DNA from: Octopus sinensis
Taxonomy: Eukaryota
Direction of reading: 5' to 3'
DNA length: 64,000 nucleotides
Assembly (NCBI RefSeq): GCF_006345805.1
Contig: NC_043021.1
Coordinates: forward strand, 186,001-250,000
A model generated the notes under the pieces. The model was given only the letters and a program-made list of their open reading frames with translations. It searched no databases and was not told the origin of the DNA. This document shows positions 1-13,474 of this stretch, in pieces; the stretch's first letter is position 1, and each line of letters opens with the position of its first letter. Made by a program: the position numbers and the translations under genes.

Positions 1-135
1 TATGTAAGGCTATGAGTGGGGATTATGTGTGTGTGTGTGTGTGTGTGTAGGTGTTTACGCATACATGAATGTATAACTACATACATACAGACAGACAGAC
101 AGACTGACTGACAGACAGACAGATAGATAGACAGG

Positions 136-193
<58 letters not shown>

Positions 194-220
194 TAGATAT
201 AGATAGATAGATATAGATAT

Positions 221-339
<119 letters not shown>

Positions 340-1805
340 CGTATACCTATATATATTCATATAGACCTATATATATATATCTATATAGGTGCAGGCATTG
401 GTGCTTTCCTGCCGTTCCCTTTCTTTGTTCATTGTTCGTTCGTTCAGCTGTAATGGCGTGTATAGAACTTCAGATTCCAAGTTAATTAACTTAACCCATT
501 GCCTCTGGCATTTCGACCCAGATCCATTGGATTCCTTATACCAAAAAAATACACCTTCCTCTCTCCCCGTCCACCTAATCTTCGAATCACCTTACAATCT
601 TTAAGCATCTCTCTACTCCACATCGACATCGACCCCACCCCAAAACACTCATTCGAAGAATTTTTATTTTAATTCTTTTCATTACCTGTTGAAGTGCCAC
701 TTCTGCTATCACCACCGCCGCCGCCGCTGCCGCCGTCACCACCACCACCACCATCATCATCATCACCATTATCATCATCAACGTTATTTTCATTATCAAT
801 ATTGTCGTGGACATCATTACTATCCTCCCCACTAGCACCATCCCCTTCATCTCTGCTACCACCACAACCGACAATAATACTAACTCCAATGACTACACAC
901 TTACAAACACACACATTCACACACATACACACATGCACGCACACCCATACACACTTACACACACATGCGCACATACACATACACACACACATACACACAT
1001 ACACACACACACATGCACACACACACTTACGCACACATACACACGCACTTGCACACACACACTTACACACACTCTTATACACACACTACACACACATATG
1101 CACACGCATATACACACACATACACACACATGCACCTACACACACACATACTTCTCACACAACGTAAATTCACCATTTTTAACCGAAGCCACTACTTCCT
1201 TCCAGCGACTTCATAATATTGTATATTCCGTATATACTGCTTGGTGCATTGTATAGAATATAGTATATATCAAATATAATTAGTATAATTAGTATAATTG
1301 GTATATTATATTCCAGAACAATCTGTCACCACCCACTTCAACACAATGTGTCATTCCATCAGCGATTTATTAATGTCTAGCATCTCTACATATCCTGGAC
1401 TCAAATACATTTGGAAACACAAGGAATAACGTTTCATATTCGCACTCGGAACTATGACACAGACACGTTTATATAAACGCGCCCCCCCCCCACACACACC
1501 CTAACACTGAATTCAGTGATTCCATTTTTATCCACCAGCAGTCATCTATCACACCTTAATTTTTCCTTTCACCTTACTCTCACCTGCTTCACTTCCTCTA
1601 TTCATTTCTCTATCATTTTCTCTCTATACCTCTTGCTCTCTCATACACATACACACACATATCCTCTTTCTCTCTCCTACTACTTTCTCTCTATATATGC
1701 AAACTTATGCTGTCTTGCGTTCCCCATCAGTTGCAGTCAATTTCTTAAACATAAAAGTTGTAAAGCTCTGCTTCCTTTTGATTCGACTTTTCTGTCATCT
1801 TTACC

Positions 1806-1832
1806 TTGAAGAAGGACTTTGTCCGAAACGTT
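1806..1832 (+). ncRNA. Decayed minimal type I hammerhead ribozyme motif (PLE-type)
   Basis: tTGAAGA-A-GGAC-ttt-GTCC-GAAAC-GTT. Perfect stem II, core C3 mutated, no clear stem I. Confidence 0.45.
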
Positions 1833-2714
1833 AGATACTCCACTCCCAGCTACAGTTTTACTGGATACTTTCTGTCGCTTTTTCCATATAATATATAGTA
1901 TATCTATTTCTTAATCTTGTTGATAAACCCCAGTTAATCTATATCTCACAGTCTGGTAATCAGCAGCATTCTACTCGTGACAATTTTTTTTCTATCTTCC
2001 TCTGACGCAGCTTATCTGGGACAATATTTTTCAACGTTTCCCATTTTCTAAAGTTAGAGGTGTGTGATTTGAGGAAGATTGTGCTTGCTATTTCAAGCTG
2101 ATCGAGAGACGAGGTAGAACTTTTTCGTCGCCCGCGTGTATACGACATAACATCAACCACGGAGGTATACGAAATTGCCAAGTAAGAAGAATGATTAAAC
2201 CATATATCTTTCTCATTAACAAACAATTGGGCAGAAGGGTCAGCTGTATGAGGTCAATTCACCTGCTAGAAATAGCAGTCGAATCCTGTTCAATTCACAT
2301 CATGACGTGACACAGCTATATCATCCACAACATTCATTATGCTGAACTTTTTTCAGAGTTTTCTTTCCTAGTTTGGCGATCGTGTTGTGGAGAAACGAAC
2401 ACAATTACGAATAAAGTTGTGAATAGGCTGTTTATAAACAAAGCGGAGAAATCATGGCCGGAATCCTTTTACTAATAAGCCTACTACAGATTGAAAAAAT
2501 AAAGGACGGCAGACAACAACAACAACAACATTGATAAAACCAAATATAAACAAAAACAAGAAAGCTCAATGAGCCACGTCTACCTAAAGTATCTGTTGTT
2601 CAGTTGTTCAGTACAGATCCAATTATCTGACTTCGTAGCAGTCCTTTATCTGGTTTTGGCAGTAACCTATACCAAAGCTCGAGAGAAATAAGTAAATGAA
2701 TGACTAAATAGATA

Positions 2715-2775
<61 letters not shown>

Positions 2776-2799
2776 GTAGTAGTTGTAGTAGTAGTAGTA

Positions 2800-2877
<78 letters not shown>

Positions 2878-2878
2878 C

Positions 2879-2922
<44 letters not shown>

Positions 2923-2923
2923 A

Positions 2924-2979
<56 letters not shown>

Positions 2980-3183
2980 ATCAACTATATTATGATAACC
3001 TTCTTCAAGTCTGAAGTGTTACTAAAAATATTTCTTTAAATGATTTTTTACTCGTATTTCTGATATTTAGCCTCAAGTTTTCGTATCTTTTGTCTGCAAT
3101 TTCTGCCTTCCTTAAATTTCTTTTCTATATTATCTATACTGTTAGTGATTGTAGTTCTTCGTTACCTCCCCAAATTCCACCTC

Positions 3184-3224
<41 letters not shown>

Positions 3225-3298
3225 ATAGATATATAGATATATATATAATATGTATATATATGTATATATATATTATGTATGTTATATATATATATCTA

Positions 3299-3345
<47 letters not shown>

Positions 3346-3859
3346 ATATATATATTGTGTGTGCGTATACACACACACTCGAACATATATGTAAGTCTAT
3401 AGATATATATAATACAGATTTCGCTATTTTCCCTTTTTTCTCTCTCTTTCTTTCTCTTTCATTCTCTCTCAGATTTCGTATAATTTTTTTCCCAAGACTT
3501 TGCCATCTTCGATTAAATATATTGGCAGAATCGGTTTTTTCAAGAGTGATTCTTACATAAAAACCAAAAATATTTTAAGAGCGATTTTCCTGGTCTTTCA
3601 CAGCAACGCTACCACCACCACCACCACCACCACCACCACCACCACCACCACCACCACCACCACTCCCACCACCACCACCACCACCACCACCACCACCACC
3701 ACCACCACCACCACTACCACCGCCGCCACCATCACCGTCATTGTCCTCAGTATCATCATGATCATCATTATCACCGTATCATCATCGTCATGAACGTCTT
3801 TTTCATTATCACTATCCCTCTCCACCCCTTCCTCCCCGTCCTCCTCCTCCTCCTCCTCC

Positions 3860-3897
<38 letters not shown>

Positions 3898-5074
3898 GTC
3901 GTCGTCATCAGATTCATATACATCAACAACATCTAACAATTCCTTGAATAATCTCGTTTCATCTAAGTTTTTCAAATTGTCATCCTCCCTGATGTTTAGT
4001 TGACTGGTGAACCCGTTTTTTGCCCCCTGGTACCCTAAAGCACAACATTATAAGAGAGGACCTTTTCATTCATTCCTCTCGATAGTTTTGCGGTTGAAGG
4101 GCTGGCGGTTATTTTAACCCTAGAACCATAACATACTTGTGCTTAATATATTTCATTCATGCCTGATCCACTCCACCAAGCTGCATCCTACATTAAGATG
4201 TCTCCCTGCAAGCAGCGGTAGCACTACATAACTACAGTGTGTTTCTTTATCTCACAATTGGCAGTTATGAGTCTGACCATTCTTATGCATAGGATTGGTG
4301 ACATATACCCTCTGTCCGGCTCAATAGCCACACATCTGCCAGTCAAAGACGGTCTCTATCGATACACCTACCTCAACTGAGATATTGTTGACGTCTGTTA
4401 ATAAATAACATTCGTACTCCTGTTTATTAATTAGGTAAGTGTATTACTGGCACCCCTTGTTCATACCGAAGCCAATGAATACTTTAATCTTTACACTCAT
4501 CAGATATCTTGTTGTCTTACTCCTGACATTCAATGTTTTTGTTCACCCCCTTTGACTGTCACTCAATCTAAAAGTTAATACATAGGTCAACGAAATTTCG
4601 CTTCCTTATATAAAGATTTGTCTTGTGACTTTTAAATTCACCTTCTTTAAGATAACATCTCACAGGATGTTTTAATTTAGGTGACAATGTTGCAGTAAAA
4701 GGAAGGCTAACAACGTATATGCATTATGGTATGAGATAGTTTTGTGATCGAATGATGTTGCGTTACGGACAGAGGCACTCAACTCCCGACGTAGGATTTA
4801 TAAATGCCTATTTATTCAGAATCCGTTGGGGAGTTTCTATGTTATTATTCAGAATTAGTCAGCAAAAAATTTCCCTCATACTTTCAAGGGATGAGGCTCG
4901 AGACAACCTTTCAAAGTCTGATTGAATGAAAGCACCAATCAAGCAAGTAACCTTAATAGAGCCCAAACCAGGAGCAGGGTTGGCCAAACCCAAGCGAGGA
5001 CCATAAACCATCAGTTGTTGCTTCTTCTTGCTCTCACTCAGCCATTAGAAACTATTGAAATATTTAACAAGACT

Positions 5075-5308
5075 AAGGTAGCGAGCTGGCAGAAACTTTA
5101 ACACACCTGGCGAAATGCTTGCTGGTATTTCGTCTGTCTTTATGTTCTGAGTTCAAATTCCGCCGAGGTCGACTTTCCCTTTCATCCTTTCGGGGTCGAT
5201 AAATTAATAGCCAGTTGCGCACTGGGTTCGATGTAATCGAATTAATCCGTTTGTCTGTCCTTATTTGTCCTCTCTATGTTTAGCCCCTTGTGGCCAATAA
5301 AGAAATAA
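5075..5308 (+). mobile_element. tRNA-derived SINE with a tail resembling the Tx1 LINE 3' end
   Basis: A-box-like gcgagctggcagaa, B-box gagttcaaattcc (~5149-5161), conserved body cggggtcgataaatta, tail ending aataaagaaata. Confidence 0.85.
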
Positions 5309-5509
5309 GAAACGTTAGCACGCCGGGCGAAATGCTTAGCGGTATTTCGTCTGTCTTTACGTTCTGAGTTCAAATTCCGTTGAGGATGACTTTGCCTTTC
5401 AATATTTCGGGGTCGATAAATTAAGTGCCAGTTGCGTACTGGGGCCGATTTAATCGACTAGCCCCCTCCCCCGAAATTTCGGGCCTTGTGCCTAGAATAG
5501 AATAGAATA
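5309..5509 (+). mobile_element. 5'-truncated tRNA-derived SINE, same head/body as 5075-5308 but a different tail
   Basis: Near-identical body to 5075-5240. Tail ccccctcccccgaaatttcgggccttgtgcctag(aatag)n. Confidence 0.85.
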
Positions 5510-6343
5510 TATAACAAGACTTTTGTTGGCTATTTATTATTGCTTATGAAATATGATTATATCCACCAAGTTTACTGGTCCGTTTCAGTTATGTATGAAT
5601 GGAAATTCAGTTTATGAATAATTGAAAATCCTTAATATGGCAATGCTAACCTATAACAACAAAATCGACAAAATAAAGATAAAGAAACATTGAAAGTTTT
5701 TCGCTCAGAAATGAGTGCTAGGTATGTTCTCTTCATCTGCAGTGACTGAATGCAATTCAGGCGCTGTTACGGCGCTGCCACTACGTTACTTACTCAACCA
5801 AATCAGAATGTCTTACATTGATATAATTCACTTAACAAGCTTATAATAGGTTTTCTAATGAAAAAGACAAAAGGATACAGTATAAATGGTATATTTAGGC
5901 ATTTTACCGAATAGCTTGTATTATTTGCCCGCTGAACAACTGAGAAATTCAATTAGACAGAATTAGTTCTGTAGCATCACGAACGAATATTCCGCTATCT
6001 CCACAATAATATAGTAATTGCCACTTAATTGGAAGAATTAGGGCGAAATTTTCTTCAAAAATTCCGATGGCGATGGATAGCCAGATCCGTTGGCTGTGGC
6101 AAGAAATGATGGAATTTAAAAGTTATTAACTTTGGTTTTATCTCCCTCCCCCCCTCTATCTAATTGTGTTTGTCTGTCCATCTATGCCCATCACTCGTTA
6201 TTTCATCAAGCTATCAAGATATCGAAATAGTTATATATTTATCTCTCTCATCACCAATCTGTCTGTATTTATTTCTTGTTCTTTACATTGATATACCATA
6301 ATTATCTATCTTTGTGTGTTTCGCCATCAACCATTCATAATTC

Positions 6344-6377
<34 letters not shown>

Positions 6378-6958
6378 GTCTATCTATCTATCTATCTATC
6401 TGTCTATCTATCTATTCTATCTATCTATCTATCTATTTATTCATCTATCTATCTCTCCCGACCAAACTATATTTCTATATATTAGTTTAATTATCGATCT
6501 ATCTCTTTTATCTTTTATTTCTCTCTCTCTCCCTCTCTCTATCTCTCTCTCTCTCTCACACACACACTCTCCATGTCTTTGTAGACCCGTGTGTCTTCCT
6601 ACACATCAGTGTATCGAAAATTTATGTAATTATGCATGCTATATATATAAATATATGTATATGTATGTATATGTGTGTAATATATATCTATCTATATATT
6701 ATATATTCATATTATATTATATATATATATATATAATATATATATATATATACATACCCATATGCATGTTTGTATGCGTATACATATGTATGTATACGCA
6801 TATATAGAGAGAGACAGGCAGACAAACAGACAGACAGACAGACACACCCACGCGCACGCCAGCCCATACTCTCTCACACACATCCTTGGTCATATGCTCA
6901 AATATTTTTGTTCTCAATCTGTCATCCTAGACTTTAAACATTGAAACAGGTGCCTCGC

Positions 6959-7170
6959 AGTTAACCCTCGCTCACCTCCAACAGCACCAAAGTAATTAAA
7001 AGAGCGGTGAGACCAAGAATAACTGACTTCCTGAAGAAGGAGAATCTTCTGAATCGAGTCCAACATGGCTTTTGCTAAGGCAGCAACTGCTCGGACCAGT
7101 TCCTACATTACTTCGATGGTGTTCTTAAAGTCCTGGTTGAGGGTTCAAACAATGATGACATATGCTGAGT
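6959..7170 (+). mobile_element. CR1-type LINE reverse transcriptase fragment (degenerate)
   Basis: Translates SLTSNSTKVIKRAVRPRITDFLKKENLLNRVQHGFC*GSNCSDQFLHYFDGVLKVL, matching the SLTS..KV.ER / QHGF..GRSC RT motifs. Confidence 0.72.
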
Positions 7171-7358
7171 AAGCTAAGCCTTGTACGAGCCTGCGGAACT
7201 TTAAGAGAAATGGAGCTAAGCCAAACTGCTGAGGAAACAAGGCTACCAATGGCTTCATATTGTAAGAGATCTGTCAACAATTATCAAGCCTGCCTGATGG
7301 GGACGTAGGTATTCTTGGATAAGAATACGTACACCATGTGTGTAGAGAGATATATAGG

Positions 7359-7389
<31 letters not shown>

Positions 7390-7456
7390 GTAGATAGATA
7401 GATAGAGAGAGAGAGACAGACAGAGAGAAACAGACAACAGACAGACAGATAGATAG

Positions 7457-7490
<34 letters not shown>

Positions 7491-7503
7491 TACAGACAGA
7501 TAA

Positions 7504-7581
<78 letters not shown>

Positions 7582-7769
7582 GGATAGATGGATAGATAGA
7601 TAGATAGTAATAGATTAATTTCAAGCAAACCAATCGCAAAACAGAACTCAGTGTTTGTTTACAAACTACTACATGTAGTTTATCAAAAGCGCTTATTGCA
7701 TATTTATCTTATGAATTCCACAATCACATTCCCATCCACGTGACTGTGAAAATGGAAGGTGTATGTCAC

Positions 7770-7803
<34 letters not shown>

Positions 7804-8321
7804 AAGATATATATGTATATTTTATTTATATTTATTTTCCTACATTCACGTATCAATTCTCCTTTAATAATATTGATTCCGATATCATGATCAATCTGAT
7901 AGACGTTTTTAACTCTGCGTGTTCCTTACATGAAGTTAATATGAAACCATAGTTACGAACAACAAAATTTTCATTAAAAAAAGAAGAAAAGAAACAAATT
8001 TCAAACTGATCTTCCCTAAGGTCTTGCTAAGGAGCACAAACCAACACAATCACCGACTTCAGGTTAAATTTTGAGCAGTTTCCAATATCTTTCTTCAATC
8101 AATCGTATTTTCGCCCCTGCCAGTAGTTGTTAATAAATATCAAATTAATATAAGCGAATGTTATCCATTTTATATAACCATTTTTTTTTGTATAATCCTA
8201 TTTTTTTATGAAAATGTTTACAAAAAGATTCATATTCAAGTATTGACCACACTTTTATCATATTCCAATATTACTTGTGATTACAAGAACATATATTTTA
8301 TACACATACATATATATTATA

Positions 8322-8364
<43 letters not shown>

Positions 8365-8412
8365 ATATAGTATATATATATATATATATAATATATATAA
8401 CATACATACATG

Positions 8413-8666
8413 TCGTTGCTGTTATGCAAAATGTCGTATCTCCAAAACGTGGCTTTTTCAGAAAACGAAAAACTAGTTTCACCATTCCATAGCAAAACCT
8501 TTGTACTACACTTTGACAATTTTGGATATCTTGGCATCTGAAGCAGCTGGAGATACGATAGTTTGAACAAAAGAGCCGGCTATTGCAGGCAAAAATATAT
8601 ATTGCAAAAAAAAAAATCGCATTTGGCCAAATTTGGACATATGGCAGTTTAAAATTATAGCAATGA
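8413..8666. mobile_element. MITE-like element with imperfect TIRs (TCRTTGCT...) inside (TA)n
   Basis: Left end tcgttgctgttatgcaaaatgtcgtatctccaaa; right end reverse complement tcattgctataattttaaactgccatatgtccaaa. Homologous inverted copy at 32919-33060. Confidence 0.6.
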
Positions 8667-8842
8667 TATATATTTTTTTTATATATATACGGCCACTGAT
8701 AAAATTGTTAACGATTTTATCCTTTATTTTATAATTATATATATATATGTGTGTGTGTGTGAGTATACATATATACCAGGTGGTGGTCTTAAGTTAGGAA
8801 TAGCTTGGGCCAATACTGGCCGAACCTATCAAAGTATCAAAG

Positions 8843-8874
<32 letters not shown>

Positions 8875-9694
8875 TATATATATATATATATATACATACA
8901 TATTTCGATGCTAAGGCTCATCCCCCCCGCTTGCATTTGTTACATATTTATGGTAAACAAATGGTTAAATTTTTAATCTGACTTCATTTCTTATTTCCAG
9001 TTTCTTGTTCAGTGGCTATCCTCAATTCGTTGACCGTTTGTGTTTTTGTGTCATACAATTTAATCTTTTAAGTAATCCCATAGAACAGATTTAGTGCTTT
9101 GAGTTCCGGTGAACACCAAGGATATTCTATTCGACCACCTGTTTTAGAAAAATTTTATCGAGGTAGGTCTTCATATTCCTATGATAGTGTGGAAGTGGCC
9201 AAATAATGCTGGAAATAAACTTCACATCTTCAACAATTTATCTAAAGAAACTTTTCACTTTTGGCGGAACTTCACAAACCTCTTAAAAGATAAATGCTTA
9301 ACTTTATGTATTGAGTTCTTTATTCTGTTAATTGTATCAATGTTGCTATTGCTGTTGTTGTTGTTGTTTTGTTGTTGTTGTTGTTGTTGTTGTGAATGTA
9401 TATATATAAACATATTTATGTGTGTATACCTGGTGGTGATCGGTTGCCTACTTCATATAGATATATGCTATATCGCTGCATCTATGCACGTATGCAAGTG
9501 TATGCACCCTTGTGTACACCTACGAGCATGTGATATCAGAGAAAATGCATCTATACAGAATTCCTAACATTAAAGATGAATGCGTAAAAATAGGGTAATT
9601 TGTGACAATGGGTTTTGTATGTATAAATGTGTAAATATATGTGCGTGTATATATATATATATGTTTTTGTGTGTGTATGAATGTTTGTATATAT

Positions 9695-9758
<64 letters not shown>

Positions 9759-9916
9759 GTGGGATTGATTGTGTTCGTGTGTTAATTCGTATTTCGTGTT
9801 CATGTGTGGCATAGTTTAGACAGAAAAACAAACAGAAAACAAGATAAACAAATATATCAGATATAGAACGAAGAAAGGTAATTAAAAATGTATGTATGTA
9901 TATATATATATATATG

Positions 9917-9948
<32 letters not shown>

Positions 9949-10229
9949 GATATCTGTATATATATGTTGTGTGTAGACAGAAAAAGAGACAGGCAGACCA
10001 ACCAAACAGATATATAGATAGATAGATGATAAAGAGGAAGAGATAGAAAGAGATTGTTGAGAGATAAACTAAGGTAGAAAATGGCAAAGAGAAGAGAGAC
10101 ATGTTAATGGCATTTTTCATTGTTTATAATAAATGGTGAGCAATTTTGAATATAAATATACAAATAAAACAATAGAATATATAGATAAATGAAAGAAAGA
10201 AGAGTAATTATTGTATATGTGGTACTTAC

Positions 10230-11382
10230 TCCCAGTTTGTGGTTGGTGAGGAAGATCTCCTATGGTGGTCAACGTCAGGGTTGACCAAAACAGTGAATAT
10301 AGGTACTTCCGAGTCACCGAGGAGTACTCCCCAACAGGTTGAGGGTAGGTCCAGTCTCCGACGAAATTTTCCGCTTCCGAAATGAGGTAAAAAAATGCTG
10401 CAAACCAATGAGCACCCAAGAAGAGTATGTGGGTGAGATTTGCCACCCGAAATAGGTTAGGATAAGGCGTCCGGGATTCTAACATATGACTGCATCTTAA
10501 AGACCTGTATACCTTGAGAAAGCGTGGGAAACGAAGTATTGGATGCCAACCAATGGCGAACTGTAAGAAGTCTAATGGGGCTAAACATGCAACGTCCATA
10601 CGGAAGTCTGATGAAGAGTAATAGTTTTTGCTGAGTTTTTTCGAGTCGTACACGAGTAAACCTTGCTCTAAATATCCGGTACGGAACTGTACGACGATGT
10701 CTGTTAAGTAGATGACATCACAAATGACATCCAAGCTGGTCCAAAGAGCTATGTGTTGAAGTTGTATTTCTTGGAACGCCTCTCGCGCTATACACGTCCA
10801 AAGGTTATAAAGAACAGCCAGTGTCAACATGAAGAGCCAATACATCATAAACGTTCCCTCGGGACTAAGCACGTAGTGATGGTTACGTTTCTCTTCTTCC
10901 TTGCGTTCCACTTGTAAAGCCAAACCTTCGTCTTCTGAATCACTTTCCATATCGATGTTGCTGTTGTTGCGAGTCGAGAACTTGCGTAAGAAGGAATCCT
11001 GGCGGTGGTGATTGTAGCGACGTTTCGATCGTTGTTTCACGGCGCTTGCAATTTGAACTGTGGTCCGTAGTTTCGACCAATGCGATAGAGTTCCACCTGC
11101 CGGTTCCGCCGCATTCGAAGAGGCCTCGTTATCACCTGATGGTGTACCCTGTGCTGCTGCAGTTGCCGCCGCTGCAGCCGCCACAGCGTTGGCGCGTTTT
11201 CTGGCCAAAAGACGAGAGATTTTCTCAAGCTTCGCGGCATCGATATCGGGTTCTTTCTCAGAAGATTCCTCACTTGGTTTCCCTGCAGCTCTGTCTGTGA
11301 AGGGTCCCGCATTTGACCCTTCTTTTGGTTTGTCGTCCATTTTGTGAGGTTGGATTCTGCCTTCTATTTCGTCTTGACAAAA
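10230..11382 (-). CDS. CNGA-like: Coding exon (copy A) of a CNGA-type cyclic nucleotide-gated channel alpha subunit: N-terminus, S1-S5 and pore loop
   Basis: ORF 10117..11340 has CNG motifs [66 protein letters not shown]. Acceptor tttttcttctttctgttgtag| at 11383 (phase 0, open from FCQDEIEGRIQPHK-M). Donor GA|gtaagt at 10229 (phase 2). One G is missing near 10248 relative to copy B, shifting the last codons (should read PPPTTNWE). Confidence 0.93.
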
Positions 11383-11462
11383 CTACAACAGAAAGAAGAA
11401 AAATATCATTTGTTGAGTGAAGAAAGTGGGTGTACGATGTGCATGCGCATACAGACACACTT

Positions 11463-11495
<33 letters not shown>

Positions 11496-11557
11496 GTATG
11501 TACGTATGTATGTATGTATGCATGCATGCATGCATGCATGTATGTATGTATACATAT

Positions 11558-11690
<133 letters not shown>

Positions 11691-11981
11691 TATATATATA
11701 TATATGTATATATATATGTGTGTGTGTAGACAGAAAAAGAGACAGGCAGACAAACAAACAGATATATAGATAGATAGATGATAAAGAGGAAGAGATAGAA
11801 AGAGATTGTTGGAGAGATAAACTAAGGTAGAAAATGGCAAAGAGAAGAGAGACATGTTAATGGCATTTTTCATTGTTATAATAAATGGTGAGCAATTTTG
11901 AATATAAATATACAAATAAAACAATAGAATATATAGATAAATGAAAGAAAGAAGAGTAATTATTGTATATGTGGTACTTAC

Positions 11982-13135
11982 TCCCAGTTTGTGGTTGGTG
12001 GAGGAAGATCTCCTATGGTGGTCAACGTCAGGGTTGACCAAAACAGTGAATATAGGTACTTCCGAGTCACCGAGGAGTACTCCCCAACAGGTTGAGGGTA
12101 GGTCCAGTCTCCGACGAAATTTTCCGCTTCCGAAATGAGGTAAAAAAATGCTGCAAACCAATGAGCACCCAAGAAGAGTATGTGGGTGAGATTTGCCACC
12201 CGAAATAGGTTAGGATAAGGCGTCCGGGATTCTAACATATGACTGCATCTTAAAGACCTGTATACCTTGAGAAAGCGTGGGGGAAACGAAGTATTGGATG
12301 CCAACCAATGGCGAACTGTAAGAAGTCTAATGGGGCTAAACATGCAACGTCCATACGGAAGTCTGATGAAGAGTAATAGTTTTTGCTGAGTTTTTTCGAG
12401 TCGTACACGAGTAAACCTTGCTCTAAATATCCGGTACGGAACTGTACGACGATGTCTGTTAAGTAGATGACATCACAAATGACATCCAAGCTGGTCCAAA
12501 GAGCTATGTGTTGAAGTTGTATTTCTTGGAACGCCTCTCGCGCTATACACGTCCAAAGGTTATAAAGAACAGCCAGTGTCAACATGAAGAGCCAATACAT
12601 CATAAACGTTCCCTCGGGACTAAGCACGTAGTGATGGTTACGTTTCTCTTCTTCCTTGCGTTCCACTTGTAAAGCCAAACCTTCGTCTTCTGAATCACTT
12701 TCCATATCGATGTTGCTGTTGTTGCGAGTCGAGAACTTGCGTAAGAAGGAATCCTGGCGGTGGTGATTGTAGCGACGTTTCGATCGTTGTTTCACGGCGC
12801 TTGCAATTTGAACTGTGGTCCGTAGTTTCGACCAATGCGATAGAGTTCCACCTGCCGGTTCCGCCGCATTCGAAGAGGCCTCGTTATCACCTGATGGTGT
12901 ACCCTGTGCTGCTGCAGTGCCGCCGCTGCAGCCGCCACAGCGTTGGCGCGTTTTCTGGCCAAAAGACGAGAGATTTTCTCAAGCTTCGCGGCATCGATAT
13001 CGGGTTCTTTCTCAGAAGATTCCTCACTTGGTTTCCCTGCAGCTCTGTCTGTGAAGGGTCCCGCATTTGACCCTCTTTTGGTTTGTCGTCCATTTTGTGA
13101 GGTTGGATTCTGCCTTCTATTTCGTCTTGACAAAA
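11982..13135 (-). pseudogene. CNGA-like: Second tandem copy (B) of the same CNG channel exon, frameshifted
   Basis: Same protein split over ORFs 12887..13093, 12250..12795 and 11978..12343, with identical splice sites. Three indels versus copy A: +GG near 12280, -T near 12917, -T near 13072. Confidence 0.88.
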
Positions 13136-13216
13136 CTACAACAGAAAGAAGAAAAAATATCATTTGTTGAGTGAAGAAAGTGGGTGTACGATGTGCATGC
13201 GCATACAGACACACTT

Positions 13217-13249
<33 letters not shown>

Positions 13250-13311
13250 GTATGTACGTATGTATGTATGTATGCATGCATGCATGCATGCATGTATGTA
13301 TGTATACATAT

Positions 13312-13397
<86 letters not shown>

Positions 13398-13474
13398 ATA
13401 TATAATATATATATATTATCAATTCGCGTTGTAACATTCCTAGTGTGAAATCGTGTGCTGAAACCGATTTTGTA

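Noticed and set aside
3598-4034. Acidic ORF (NLDETRLFKELLDVVDVYESDDDD...)
   Set aside because: Mostly (GAT/GAG/GTG)n repeats, a weak acceptor, and no recognisable homology.
7285-7335. Hammerhead-like ctgatgg with a gtattctt/aagaatac hairpin
   Set aside because: The core is broken and there is no GAAA or stems I/III.
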